Part shown: one piece after another, positions 37,949 to 52,324 of the stretch
Layout of the letters: each line of letters opens with the position of its first letter
Position numbering within the stretch: position 1 is the stretch's first letter
Origin: Eledone cirrhosa
Taxonomy: Eukaryota
Length of the DNA stretch: 64,000 nt
Assembly (NCBI GenBank): GCA_964016885.1
Contig: OZ024743.1
Location: forward strand, 14,012,001-14,076,000
Reading direction: 5' to 3'
Notes under the pieces: generated by a model
What the model was told of the DNA's origin: nothing
What the model saw: the letters and a program-made list of their open reading frames with translations, nothing else
Database searches by the model: none
Program-made: the position numbers and the translations under genes

Positions 37949-39638
37949 TCAGGTTATAAATTGGGTGTTGAGCTCTAGTCTATTATTGATTGGTGGATGT
38001 GTTCTGTCTATAATGAGTGCTTCCTTGATTCTAAGATTGCCGAGGTTTCTTTCCTTAGTTTCTATCCTAACTGTTATGTTTTTATCAGTGTTTTTGCATT
38101 TAACTAGGTGTTTCTTAAATGAGGAAGCGTTAGTATTGAGGTGTTCTTTTATTCTTATGTGGAGTGGTCTGGTGGTGCTACCTACGTAGAAGTTGTTGCA
38201 TTTGTCACACTCTAGTCTGTAAACTACGTAAGCCTGGTGGCATAGGTCTGTGTCGTTGATGGGGCAGTTGGCTAGTCTGCAGCAGTTGTCATGTCTGGTG
38301 GAGTGTCTCTTAGCTAGCCGTCCACGCAAAGAAGGACCCGAATGGGCCAGTTGAATATCCAGACCTTCTCGTCTGATGGCTCTGCGGATGGCTGTTGTTG
38401 TTTCTTCACTGAAGTGTGGGAGCTTCAGGAAGCAAGTGTTAGTGCCTCGGGTGTGGTGTCCTCTGTTCTTTCTGGCACGGTTTGTGGTGGATGTCGTGTA
38501 TCCGTTCAGTTTGAGTACTTCCAGGAAATGTGTGGTGTGTGTGTCTCGGTCTCTGGCGTCGGTGCATTTGTTCTTGATACGTGCCAGTTCGTTCTTTATG
38601 TATCCGAACTTGGCACCGAGTGGGAGGGCCGATCTGAAATGTACGAACAGGTCCCTGCTGGCGGCTTTTTTATAGAAGCAGGTGTGGATGTTGCCTTCCT
38701 CTGTTACCCTGAGTTGGAAGTCCAGCAGGGATAGGGATCCGCGGTCATCGGGGTGTTCTAAGCTGAACTTTATACTGGCGTCCATGCTGGAGAATGTTGT
38801 GTATATTTTCTCTGCCTCCTCACGGGATGATGTAAGGATGAGTATGTCATCTACATATCGGGTGAAGAAGGCATGGGAATGGCAGGTGTTGAGGGCTCGG
38901 CATTCTAGTTGGTTCATGTAAGTGATGGCCAGCAGGCCAGAGAGGCTGGATCCCATGGGTAATCCTGTTGTCTGTCTGTATGTGTGGTGGTGGAAGGTGA
39001 AGTACGTGTTGTCGACTGTGAAGGACAAACGTTGGTGTATGTCCGTCGGGTGGAGGCCGTAGCAGTGGATGTTCTCTGCGACCACGCAGTCCGTCAATAA
39101 ATCGACAGCTGGGTGAGCGGGGACTGTAGTGTAGAGGGAGACAACGTCGAGGCTAAAAGCGTATTTATTAAGTTTAAGTTGTTCTGGCTGGAGTTGGTGT
39201 AATCTACGTATAACTTCGTCGGAGCTACTGACATGTCCGGGGAAGGTGGAGAGTAGAGGCTTGAGGACCTGGGAGAGAAGCCAGGAAATTTTGTATAGGG
39301 GTCCTTCTATGCTAGAGACGATGGGTCTTATATGCGTCTTAGTGCTATTCTTGTGGGTCTTGATGAGGTGGTAGAAAGTGGGCAGTCTGCTATTTCTAGT
39401 GGTGTAGTTGAGTTTAATTTTATTCGGGAGTTGTCTTCTCCCACAGATATCGAACCAAATGGAGTTGGTCTGTTTTTCGATTTGGGCTGCGGTCATGTCC
39501 GGGATCACTGTGTACAGTTCACTGTCGCTTAGGTGTTCGAAGGCTAGGTTATTGTATGTGGCTTGAGAGATGACGCAGAACTCTTTACCTTTGTCGGATG
39601 GTAAGTAAATAAGTTCTTTATTCCGTAGGTTCTTCAGG
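37949..39638 (-). pseudogene. Inverted, more truncated copy of the same PLE ORF
   Basis: Translation identical to the C-terminal part of 39640-41655. Confidence 0.9.
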
Positions 39639-39639
39639 A

Positions 39640-41655
39640 TCCCTCTCCCGAGAGGAATTAGACCTCCTCAGCCTGGGTCCCAAGTTCATATTGAAACAGA
39701 GACTGGACGACAGACTATGGCTCGACATAGAAACGAATTTCTGTCGGACTGCCTACCAACTGAAATGGATATCGACTCTCGACAACAACACCACGGAATC
39801 CACCACACCCAGATTCCCGATATACCAACTAGATCGCCCACTCTATCCACCGCCCGCCAACCGCGAGCTGGAAGAAAAACTCTCGAGGCTAAAACATTCC
39901 GTATTTAACATCTTACGGAAACAGAAGAAGATGGCCCCTAACCTCTCCAGGACACAACAACTCGCCCTGAAGAACCTACGGAATAAAGAACTTATTTACT
40001 TACCATCCGACAAAGGTAAAGAGTTCTGCGTCATCTCTCAAGCCACATACAATAACCTAGCCTTCGAACACCTAAGCGACAGTGAACTGTACACAGTGAT
40101 CCCGGACATGACCGCAGCCCAAATCGAAAAACAGACCAACTCCATTTGGTTCGATATCTGTGGGAGAAGACAACTCCCGAATAAAATTAAACTCAACTAC
40201 ACCACTAGAAATAGCAGACTGCCCACTTTCTACCACCTCATCAAGACCCACAAGAATAGCACTAAGACGCATATAAGACCCATCGTCTCTAGCATAGAAG
40301 GACCCCTATACAAAATTTCCTGGCTTCTCTCCCAGGTCCTCAAGCCTCTACTCTCCACCTTCCCCGGACATGTCAGTAGCTCCGACGAAGTTATACGTAG
40401 ATTACACCAACTCCAGCCAGAACAACTTAAACTTAATAAATACGCTTTTAGCCTCGACGTTGTCTCCCTCTACACTACAGTCCCCGCTCACCCAGCTGTC
40501 GATTTATTGACGGACTGCGTGGTCGCAGAGAACATCCACTGCTACGGCCTCCACCCGACGGACATACACCAACGTTTGTCCTTCACAGTCGACAACACGT
40601 ACTTCACCTTCCACCACCACACATACAGACAGACAACAGGATTACCCATGGGATCCAGCCTCTCTGGCCTGCTGGCCATCACTTACATGAACCAACTAGA
40701 ATGCCGAGCCCTCAACACCTGCCATTCCCATGCCTTCTTCACCCGATATGTAGATGACATACTCATCCTTACATCATCCCGTGAGGAGGCAGAGAAAATA
40801 TACACAACATTCTCCAGCATGGACGCCAGTATAAAGTTCAGCTTAGAACACCCCGATGACCGCGGATCCCTATCCCTGCTGGACTTCCAACTCAGGGTAA
40901 CAGAGGAAGGCAACATCCACACCTGCTTCTATAAAAAAGCCGCCAGCAGGGACCTGTTCGTACATTTCAGATCGGCCCTCCCACTCGGTGCCAAGTTCGG
41001 ATACATAAAGAACGAACTGGCACGTATCAAGAACAAATGCACCGACGCCAGAGACCGAGACACACACACCACACATTTCCTGGAAGTACTCAAACTGAAC
41101 GGATACACGACATCCACCACAAACCGTGCCAGAAAGAACAGAGGACACCACACCCGAGGCACTAACACTTGCTTCCTGAAGCTCCCACACTTCAGTGAAG
41201 AAACAACAACAGCCATCCGCAGAGCCATCAGACGAGAAGGTCTGGATATTCAACTGGCCCATTCGGGTCCTTCTTTGCGTGGACGGCTAGCTAAGAGACA
41301 CTCCACCAGACATGACAACTGCTGCAGACTAGCCAACTGCCCCATCAACGACACAGACCTATGCCACCAGGCTTACGTAGTTTACAGACTAGAGTGTGAC
41401 AAATGCAACAACTTCTACGTAGGTAGCACCACCAGACCACTCCACATAAGAATAAAAGAACACCTCAATACTAACGCTTCCTCATTTAAGAAACACCTAG
41501 TTAAATGCAAAAACACTGATAAAAACATAACAGTTAGGATAGAAACTAAGGAAAGAAACCTCGGCAATCTTAGAATCAAGGAAGCACTCATTATAGACAG
41601 AACACATCCACCAATCAATAATAGACTAGAGCTCAACACCCAATTTATAACCTGA
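39640..41655 (+). CDS. 5'-truncated but uninterrupted PLE ORF (RT + GIY-YIG)
   Basis: Frame open from 39640 (LLSLGPKF), then PSDKG, IKTHK, RPIVSS, SLDVVSLYT, GLPMGSSLS, RYVDD, VYRLEC..C..YVGST.R.L..RIKEH; the natural start is missing. Confidence 0.9.
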   Translation, partial: SLSREELDLLSLGPKFILKQRLDDRLWLDIETNFCRTAYQLKWISTLDNNTTESTTPRFPIYQLDRPLYPPPANRELEEKLSRLKHSVFNILRKQKKMAPNLSRTQQLALKNLRNKELIYLPSDKGKEFCVISQATYNNLAFEHLSDSELYTVIPDMTAAQIEKQTNSIWFDICGRRQLPNKIKLNYTTRNSRLPTFYHLIKTHKNSTKTHIRPIVSSIEGPLYKISWLLSQVLKPLLSTFPGHVSSSDEVIRRLHQLQPEQLKLNKYAFSLDVVSLYTTVPAHPAVDLLTDCVVAENIHCYGLHPTDIHQRLSFTVDNTYFTFHHHTYRQTTGLPMGSSLSGLLAITYMNQLECRALNTCHSHAFFTRYVDDILILTSSREEAEKIYTTFSSMDASIKFSLEHPDDRGSLSLLDFQLRVTEEGNIHTCFYKKAASRDLFVHFRSALPLGAKFGYIKNELARIKNKCTDARDRDTHTTHFLEVLKLNGYTTSTTNRARKNRGHHTRGTNTCFLKLPHFSEETTTAIRRAIRREGLDIQLAHSGPSLRGRLAKRHSTRHDNCCRLANCPINDTDLCHQAYVVYRLECDKCNNFYVGSTTRPLHIRIKEHLNTNASSFKKHLVKCKNTDKNITVRIETKERNLGNLRIKEALIIDRTHPPINNRLELNTQFIT

Positions 41656-42037
41656 TAGGGCCTCTAGCCCCACTTTACACACCCCACACACACGCACGCG
41701 CACACCTCCACTTATTCTCTCTCACACATACACACACAAAACCAGTTCTAACACCAGATAACACCTACCCCCCACTTTTACGATTAGACCTATCTTTCCA
41801 CACTCACACACACACACCCACATACCTACACCTTCATGCTTTCTCCCACACACATATACAGGCACGCATATAAAATTTAAAAAAACACAACAAAAACATA
41901 AACAAACCCCTCTTAAAGGGAGACTACTCTTTACCCACCTAATTTTAATTCTTTGATATTAAAGTTAGAACTCTATACTATTTCCGGTCAGCATGGCTTC
42001 ATTGGAAATTTAGACGCTGGTCTGAGACTTTTACTTC

Positions 42038-42072
42038 CCTCCGAAGAAGAGATATTATCTCGAAAATTAAGG
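42038..42072 (+). ncRNA. Ultra-short hammerhead variant candidate in the PLE pLTR (mirror at 37532-37567, minus strand)
   Basis: CCT-CCGAAGAA-GAGAT(ATT)ATCTC-GAAA-AT-TA-AGG; U4>C, extra A after A9, palindromic AATT in place of stem III, stem I only 3 bp. Confidence 0.5.
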
Positions 42073-42339
42073 ACATTTAAATAAATTCAAGGTGAAAGAC
42101 GAATTCTCATCAATATCTTTCACTATTGCATTCTTTTTTTTTCTATGTCCATATCTGCATTGTCTTGGCCTTATTACACATATTCTAACGTTTATATAAA
42201 TATATATTTATATATCTGTGTGTGTTTACGTGTGTGTGTGTGTGTGTGAACGAGTGCATACTTTTAATTATGTATCAGCTGTGCTAGAGCGAGAAATAAA
42301 ATTAGAATGTTATTCTTAATATTCGGTATGAAATTGTCT

Positions 42340-42545
42340 ACTTAAGAAAATACTATATATTTTCAACCGTTAAATAAACTCTCAGAGGTATACAATCCTG
42401 ATGAAGGGTAATGACTCCGAAATGGTTCCACAAATGCAGCATGAACAAACAGGTGACGATCGGTCAGCAGCACGGAACAGCTACGAATCGCGCCGTCTGT
42501 TTCCAAACGAATCGAATATTTTTACCAATGTTCAATATAACCCAT
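42340..42545 (+). repeat. Second copy of the 36865 repeat, with CTGATGAA-GGGT(AATG)ACTC-CGAAA
   Basis: Similarity by eye; hammerhead core at 42398-42422, stem I not paired. Confidence 0.7.
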
Positions 42546-44204
42546 ACATAATATGGTAGAGATATACGATGAGCAAATTATAACGAAGGAAACAAAACAA
42601 AGTTAGGTTATACTGAGCGTAATTTAGCAGCATATATCAGAGTTATTATTTCATTTTCAGATGTGAAGCTGAAATAGTGCAAGTGAAAACAAACAAGCGA
42701 TCAGTGATTTCAAAGTACTCTTCCTAACATGTCTAAGTGTTTGGAAAGAGAATGCGATTGCCTAGGGGTCGTTAGCGTAGCAATTCTGCCATAGAATATC
42801 CTGTTAATATAAATTTGAAAAACATTACTTTGTTTTATATTGTTTCATTTCTCATCTCTTCCACTTCAATTTTTTCTAACGCATTCTTCCGGATTTAAAT
42901 AAATTTATCTGTCGTTTACTCTCTACCTGACAATATTTGGTATTAACTACACTACTCTCTCTCACGCTCTATCTCTCTCTCTCTCTATTGCTTTATATAT
43001 ATATATATATAATAAGATTCAAAATTAAAATTAAAAGCTTTTGGTGGGGCACATGTGACAGATAATACAAGATCGTCTAGTAAATAAATAAAATTAAATT
43101 AAAGAGACAGTACGTGCGTTAGTCAAATATAAAGCAATTGAACAAACAAAAGTATCAAGCATATATGAATGCTGGGTGTTGCATACAAAATACAAGCACT
43201 TAAAGCGGGTGTGTTATTATATTATGGTGGTTGCAATGCAGAAATATTTTCTGTGTAGATCAAATATGTGTGTGTGTAGAATAAGGAAATTCCAGGTTTC
43301 ACATCCATTACATTTATTACGTTATATTTGTATTGAGTGTCTGTTATAGTAATGGCTTGTAAAGTAAAGTAACTTATTGTAGAGCTGGGAGAATTTATTA
43401 CTGTTTAATACCCGGAAGTGGGAATGGAAATAAGGGGAGCTAATGCGTAAGGGGAGGTAACTAGCTCATTATAATAATAATTAAATTCATTGTTCTAAGG
43501 GACTTTATATAGTGTTATAATTGAGGGCCTAATATAGAAACTATATATTTATATTTAATTTAATTTTAAACCCAGTCTACTCTCTCCTAATACATTAAGG
43601 TATCATTATAAAGTTGCCTATCAAGTATTATAAAGTGCCATAATTGAATTTCCCATACAAAGTGTTATATATTTATATTAATTTAATCCTAGATACAGTC
43701 TACCCTCCCAAAATATATCAAAGGTTTTATTAGATTGCTGTCTACCCAGTATATGGTAAGCTATGTATACCGTATAGCTGTTTGCATGGTAAAATAGATA
43801 TATCTCTAGAGTAAATAAACACATTCTTTATATACAATGTTATTAATGTTAATCCATACATTTGATTATAGATGTATACATAATTCATTGTTCCATATTG
43901 CATTTAAGTTAGATAAATCCCTTATGTTACTACATTAATCCGATATATACAATGATATTAATTTTTACATTTAATTGAAAATGTATATATAATTCATTGT
44001 TACGTTTAATATTTAAAGTTTATCCAAATTATATTTCCATCACTATATAATTACAAGTAATCTAAGTTTACTATATTAAGAGTATAGAGTTATAGGTCGG
44101 CTGACTTGTGTAGAGGAAAGGGTGGATCAAAGAGTGTGGTGCAGTGGTGCAATTCAAGCCCTAAAAGTGAAGTGCTAATGGAGGTGCTGTCAAAACTGAC
44201 ATTG

Positions 44205-44640
44205 CTATATACTAGGTTTAAAGCTTTGGAAAGAGTGTCGGAAGCGGTTCTGACACGATGCAAACACCTCCGATTTGTTATTAAGAAGGTTAAGGTTCGA
44301 AAAGATTATAGTATGGGTCTCTAGAAGACAGACGTTACAAAATGTATTAGGTGGTTTATACGATGCTGCCCTACACACAACTTCCAATTGAAGTGTATAT
44401 GATCTATTCCTAGTTTTCAGATAGTGTATGTAGCTATATAGTGAAGTGGAGTTGGTTACATTGTGCTTCCGGAAAGAGTGAAGGTGTGAGTTGTATCTCG
44501 TCTTGAAGCAGTTCGAAGTGGAGCCTATATAGGTTTTAGAAAAGGTGATAGTTTACACCCGGCATGGGTAAATAATCTCCTTGATTAAGCAGTTTTTACC
44601 TAAGGGACAGGTTCTATTAGATCTACAGTTACATTTATTT
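44205..44640 (-). pseudogene. Naiad-like PLE GIY-YIG fragment
   Basis: CNCRSNRTCPLGKNC, YIGSTSNCFKTRYNSH, CNVCLLE, LLNNKSE. Confidence 0.85.
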
Positions 44641-44642
44641 AT

Positions 44643-44794
44643 ATAAATTGAAAATGCAATTGGAGTCTTTTAAGAATATTTATTCATTTACTTTACTCTA
44701 ACCTTAACACTAATCCTATTACTAAACCTAACCCTAAAAAGTAAAGTAAATAAATAAATGTTCTTAACAGACTCCAGTAACATTTTCAATTTAT
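44643..44794. repeat. Imperfect hairpin with a telomere-like hexamer spacer
   Basis: ~52 bp arms; spacer ctctaa ccttaa cactaa tcctat tactaa acctaa ccctaa. Confidence 0.8.
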
Positions 44795-44904
44795 TTTCCT
44801 TATATTTTCACCCGTGTAGGACATATCTGTTTCTTAAACTGCATTTTTACATATACATATATATATATATATATGTGTGTGTGTACATGTATACATAATA
44901 CATA

Positions 44905-45003
<99 letters not shown>

Positions 45004-45036
45004 ATTTATATATATATATATTTATATATATATATA

Positions 45037-46716
<1,680 letters not shown>

Positions 46717-47115
46717 AAAGTAAGTCAATAGAATCATTTGATAAAATATATACAGTATTTCCTCTCCCAATCACCATAATTAACAACACTAAAAATCAAT
46801 TAAACCAGGCTATAAGTTTAAAATGCACCTATCAAGAAACAATAGATAAATAAGTGATAGCTATTTTATCTGCGATCAACAGCCACAGAAGATTTACCCA
46901 GTATTTCTAATAGCCCGTAGAAATCGATTAGACATATAGCCAACCATACACAATTAGGTACAAAATCAAAGTTAGATGAAAAAATGTGCATAAACATACC
47001 AACATTTTGATATGTTTATGCACATTTTTTGTTCTATTGCTATATTAAACAACTTGTGGCGAGAGGCGTGTATCCACAATATTTCGGCACTGTACATATA
47101 TACACATATACACTT

Positions 47116-47165
<50 letters not shown>

Positions 47166-47976
47166 CTATCAACGTACTATACATTTTTCATACGTACCTA
47201 TACAAACTTAAGAACGTTATGTATAGTTAATATGGATAATATTTGAAACTGGCTACCGACATATGCTACAACAGAAACTGACTATGAGACATATGTCAAC
47301 GTTTGGCAACTTCCCTTACTCTCTTCTAAAATGATTGGTTTTCTTCATACCAACTGAAAACTAAAGAAATGAAAAACAAAATAAAACTACAAATATTTCT
47401 CACGTGAATAAAAGAATTGAACCGGAATTAAATAGAGAACACCATACAATCTGGAAATAAGGACAACGATACTATATGTCACGAATCTCTCTCCCATTAT
47501 ATTATAAAAGCTTTTTGAAAAGTAGAGCCTTTGACAGAATTCAAAGTTAGATTGGCCCTTGAATGTCGCGTAGGTTATTCTATGGTTTCCTCTTTCGTTG
47601 AAAATAACTACATCTTACGATTTGATTATATACTTTAAAATATATCAAAATCTTGAGTTGTTTCGGGTGACGTATGAATCTGTCAACTCCGAAGACAAGT
47701 TGTCATTCGTGTCACTTACTAGAAAGTAAACAAACAGATCATATTCCCTGTGTATTGTTATGTATGTTAATTCTCATGGGTGTATTATTTTAGCTTCACA
47801 TTTTCCTTTGTTCATCAACTCAATCTACCAGGTTTTCTTCTTATGTAAACATATTTTAGAATATCTATTGTATATCTAAAACGTCATCTGCTCTCTCACT
47901 TTAATATCATGCATTTCATTGACATTACCTCATTCCTCATTGACATACGCACACACGCACACATACATGTATAAAC

Positions 47977-48019
<43 letters not shown>

Positions 48020-48026
<7 letters not shown>

Positions 48027-48787
48027 ATATGGCGTGCTCCGTTGTTGCGAGTGTGATACATATGAATGAAAAATAGAGCGAGAAACGTGACTGTCCATCA
48101 TCAGTGATCTTCTGACTATTATCGATATTTCTTCGCATTAAAGACCAGATACCTCAAAATCAGTGCGAGCAATAACTAAAATAAGTTATTGGGACAGATA
48201 AAATTGGCGGGATAAAGATGACAGTAAACAAACAAAAGAAGTAATGCAACGTAAAGAGAGGAAATGAAAGCAAGAGGTACAAGGAGAGAGAAGGGGGAGA
48301 GAGAAAGAGGATAGCAGTAAGGTGATAGATAAAGACAAACCACAGCGAGGGGAAAAATTATACATGAATGAAAAAATGGTGTGCAGCGTTATTGCGAGTG
48401 TGATACATATGAATGAAAAATAGAGCGAGAAACGGGACTGTCCAACATCAGTGATCTTCTGACTATAATCGATATTTCTTCGCATTAAAGACCAGATACC
48501 TCAAAATCAGTGCGAGCAATAACTAAAATAAGTTATTGGGACAGAGCAAATTGGGTGGATAAAGATGACAGTAAACAAACAAAAGGAGTAATGCAACACA
48601 TTTCGCAGGGTTCGGACGCGTCTGCCATCTTCTCGTTGTTGATTTGGTCGCACATGTATCATTGACTTGTCTCTCATTTCCTCTCTTTACGTTGCATTAC
48701 TACTTTTGTTTGTTTACTGTCCCTCTTTATTCACCCAATTTGCTCTGTCCCAATAACTTCTTTTAGTTATTGCTCGCATTGATTTTG
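48020..48787. repeat. 347 bp-period partial tandem repeat plus an inverted segment (48689-48787)
   Basis: gagcgagaaacg.gactgtcc at 48076 and 48423; related to 56808-57660 on the opposite strand. Confidence 0.85.
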
Positions 48788-48789
48788 TG

Positions 48790-49443
48790 TGCATTACTCT
48801 TGGAACCTCAGAAGGTTGTGCACATAGCCACCTGTCATTTATTCTGTTAGTTTTCTGGTCCTGGTCAAATTTTTCTCATTTGAGAAATACCAAATCACAC
48901 CATCTTCTGATGGATTTTTAAGTTTGTTCAAAAGCCTTTTGGATCCGATTAAACGGTTTTCTTTTGTTTTTTCTGACATGAATTGACCTCTCCTCATCAC
49001 ATAAGATTTGTAGCTGATGTCTTCATGCACAACATTTCTGATTGTTTTTTCTGATACACCAACATTTTTTGCAATTGACCTTATTGATTTTCTTGGATTG
49101 TCATCAATGTTTTGCTTAACTTCCTGGATAAATTCAGGTGTCCTGGTAGAATCAGAGCATCTGGAATGTGTTTTACGTTTTGATACAGGAAATACGCTTC
49201 CATCTTCTTTCTCTAACTCACACCGAATCTTGTGGACAAAGGATCTTGCAACTTTCAGAAAATGAGAAATTTCTAAAGCACCATGCTTAGGCTTCAAAGA
49301 CACAATTACAGCAGGCCTTTTCCTTTCATTAGTAAGCATAGTTAGTTTCATTGTTATTTTCTGAAATAGAAGTTCAATAAAAATTAGTCAAATAAAATAT
49401 TGACTAAAAATGCATGTGTCCTCAAATACCGTCCGCCCATGTA
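48790..49443 (-). mobile_element. 5' part of a Tc1/mariner-superfamily (maT/DD37D-like) DNA transposon
   Basis: ORF 48839-49351: HTH region NPRKSIRSIAKNVGVSEKTIRNVVHED, ending at the decayed first catalytic motif (WYFSNEKN); TA at the outer end. Confidence 0.82.
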
Positions 49444-49491
49444 TGTGTATATATTCATACATATATGTCTAAAGTCTGTCTTAAGTCATAA

Positions 49492-49742
49492 GGCTCATTT
49501 GGCCGGTGCTTATCCCTGTTTCATGACGTGAAGCGACTGAGAGTACCAGACCCCATCCTGGTCAGGACCCCAGTCCATCGCAGTTTTAAACCCAGGGCTG
49601 TTGCTGGTAGTCATTTTCAGATAACTATACTAGAGCAACGTGGAATGAAATGTTTTGCTCAAGATCACAACACGCAACCCAGGAATGGAACGCACAACAT
49701 TATGATCGTAAGTCCAACACCATTTCCACTAGGCCACGTGAC
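49492..49742 (-). mobile_element. tRNA-derived SINE with a CORE-like domain
   Basis: Minus strand: A box TGGCCTAGTGG, B-box-like GTTCCATTCC, then tgtgatcttgagcaaaacatttc. Confidence 0.7.
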
Positions 49743-49848
49743 TCCAATATTTATATATATATCCACCACCACCCCACTCTCAAGAGCGTGAAACTAATAA
49801 ACCTTTGTTCGTACTGCCTCTCTGTTTTGTTCCCGTTCAATTTTTTAC

Positions 49849-49887
<39 letters not shown>

Positions 49888-49956
49888 ATGTGTGTGTGTG
49901 TGTGTGTGTGCGTGTGTGTGTGTGTGTGTGCGTATGCCTATATATATAAATATGTA

Positions 49957-50009
<53 letters not shown>

Positions 50010-50067
50010 TCTGCTATGTGTTGAGTACCTTACTTACTCTTGTTATCCCTGGTTGAACCCGGGATAA

Positions 50068-50103
<36 letters not shown>

Positions 50104-50106
<3 letters not shown>

Positions 50107-51766
50107 GGAAAAACTATGACCCCGACGACAGAGCTCAAGTCGTATCGACGGCTATTTCTGGACTAAATTAGAATTTTTAGCCTGGTGAATAAATATCCGA
50201 ACTTGTCAAGGGGGTACTTCCTTATATGGGAAGAGTGTAGTTGTCAAGCGGATTGGTTAAAATTTGTTGTAAACGCAAATAAGTCTATCATGGCATTTAG
50301 TGGGAGGTAGGGGTGGCTGAACTTGCCTGTAGAACAATAGGGGTGTGAGTGGAGCGGTCAAGCGTTGAAAGTGATATGTATACAGCAGATTCTAAGGATA
50401 GTGTATCAAGTGGAGGAGAGAGGTTATAAAATAGGTAAATCGAATGAGAGTAGGAGACAATAAAAGATAATAGAAATAAATAAAAAAAATATATAGTGAG
50501 AAATGAATTTAAAAAATCACAATGCTATCTTACAATTACAGGTTAATAAGTTGCAAATAGAAAAAAACTTGTCGAAATTGAGTAGTACCAGAACTGATAC
50601 AAAATTAAAGGGGTTAAACACGTCAGCTATAAGTAGTTAGTAAACCTATTTCGGCCAATTCTATCTTAAAATTACAGGGATGGGGGAACTGATGTTACAG
50701 AGGCCCGATGGGCTGCATCCGGGTAGGCGAAAAGGGAAAAGCAGACGAGGAGGAATATAGGGGGTGGAAGGAAGTGATAGGATGATACAGGGGGAAGAAG
50801 AAGGCAAAGAAGAAAAGAAAAGAAAAGAGATACATCTACCTAAGTAAGCTGGGGTTTCCCCTAACTTATTCGGCAAGTGGGGGGTCTGATACCCTCTCCC
50901 ACACAAACACACACACTTGGCGAATAAGTTAGGGGAAACCCCAGCTTACTTAGGTAGATGTATCTCTTTTCTTTTCTTTTCTTTTCTTTTCTTTTCTTTT
51001 CGTCTTTGCCTTCTTCTTCCCCCTGTCTCATCCTATCACTTCCTTCCACCACCTATTTTCTTTCTCATCTGCTTTTCCCTTTTCGCCTACCCGGATGCAG
51101 CCCAACGGGCCTCTTTAGCATGAGTTCCCCCATCCCTGTAATTTTATGATAGAATTGGCCCAATACGTTTTACTAACTACTTATATCAGACGTGTTAAAC
51201 CCCTAACATTTTGTATCAGTTCTGGTACTACTCAATTTCTACAAGTTTTTTTCTTTTCTGAACTTATTAACCTGTAATTGTGATTTTTTTATTGATATCT
51301 CGCTATATGAATTTTTCTTTTTTTCTATTATCTTTTATTATCTCCTACTCTCATTCGATTTACCTATTCTATAACCTGACTCCCCCACTTCATACACTAT
51401 CCTTAGAATCTGCTGTATACATATCACTTTCAACGCTTGACCGCTCCACTCACACCCTATTGTTCTACAGGCAAGTTCAGCCACCCCTACCTCCTACCAA
51501 ATGCCATAGACTTATTTGTGTTAACAACAAATTTTAACCAATCCTCTTGACAACTACAATCTTCCCATATAAGGAAGTACCCACTTGACAAGTTCGGCTA
51601 TTTATTCACCAGGTTAAAGATTCTAATTTAGTCCAGAAATAGCCGTCGAAACGACCTGAGCTCTGCCGTCGGCGTCATACTTTTTCCTATTTCCCACTCT
51701 ACTACCCTAAGTATTGAGTACTCTGGTACGTTATGGTCCATCTGGTTCCTTACCACAATTCCTGTG
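50104..51766. repeat. ~780 bp-arm diverged palindrome (50104-50879 vs 50914-51690) with 3' extension 51691-51766
   Basis: Reverse-complement arms; outer ends and extension match 37126-37335. Confidence 0.9.
51581..51662 (+). ncRNA. Degenerate U3-A8 hammerhead variant candidate
   Basis: TTGACAA-G..CGGCTATTT...AAATAGCCG.C-GAAA-CGAC-CT-GAG; the family copy at 37215 reads GAAA-CGGC-TT-GAG. Confidence 0.4.
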
Positions 51767-52246
51767 TTATATATATATATATATGAATATATATAGGCAT
51801 CTATATTTTCACGTGACAAGTATATTGCGAAACATCTTTAAATTCCTTTAGTTTTCATTCAAACATTCACCTTTTCATAATATTCATAGACTCTCAGAAG
51901 AGCTTTCATTCACCGACATTGTATTCATTTATATACACACATCTACAAAATTATCCAGTCCTCTTTCTCATCATTTCTATCTTTTCTAGTTCTTCCTTTT
52001 TTTCTCCACTTCCAATTATATTCCTACTACTCGGTTCATTTTCAGTTATATTCTCTACTACTTCTGACTAATGTACGTATGTCTACCTACTCTGCAGATA
52101 CTGACGACTTCTCTCTTTTCTAATCTCACACTCTTTAATCTCTTTCTGTTTTACTGTGTTTTAAAATCTATATTACCCTATAATATATCTCCATCCTTTC
52201 TCTGCATTTACAATTTTATCTTTTCCGTAATAATTTACTTCTATTC

Positions 52247-52324
<78 letters not shown>

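Larger units (their letters stand above)
37409..42196. mobile_element. Penelope-like element with a 2.23 kb inverted duplication (37409-39638 vs 39966-42196)
   Basis: Arms are near-identical; the 519 shared residues in the ORF track are identical; the 327 bp spacer is the upstream part of the ORF. Confidence 0.96.
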
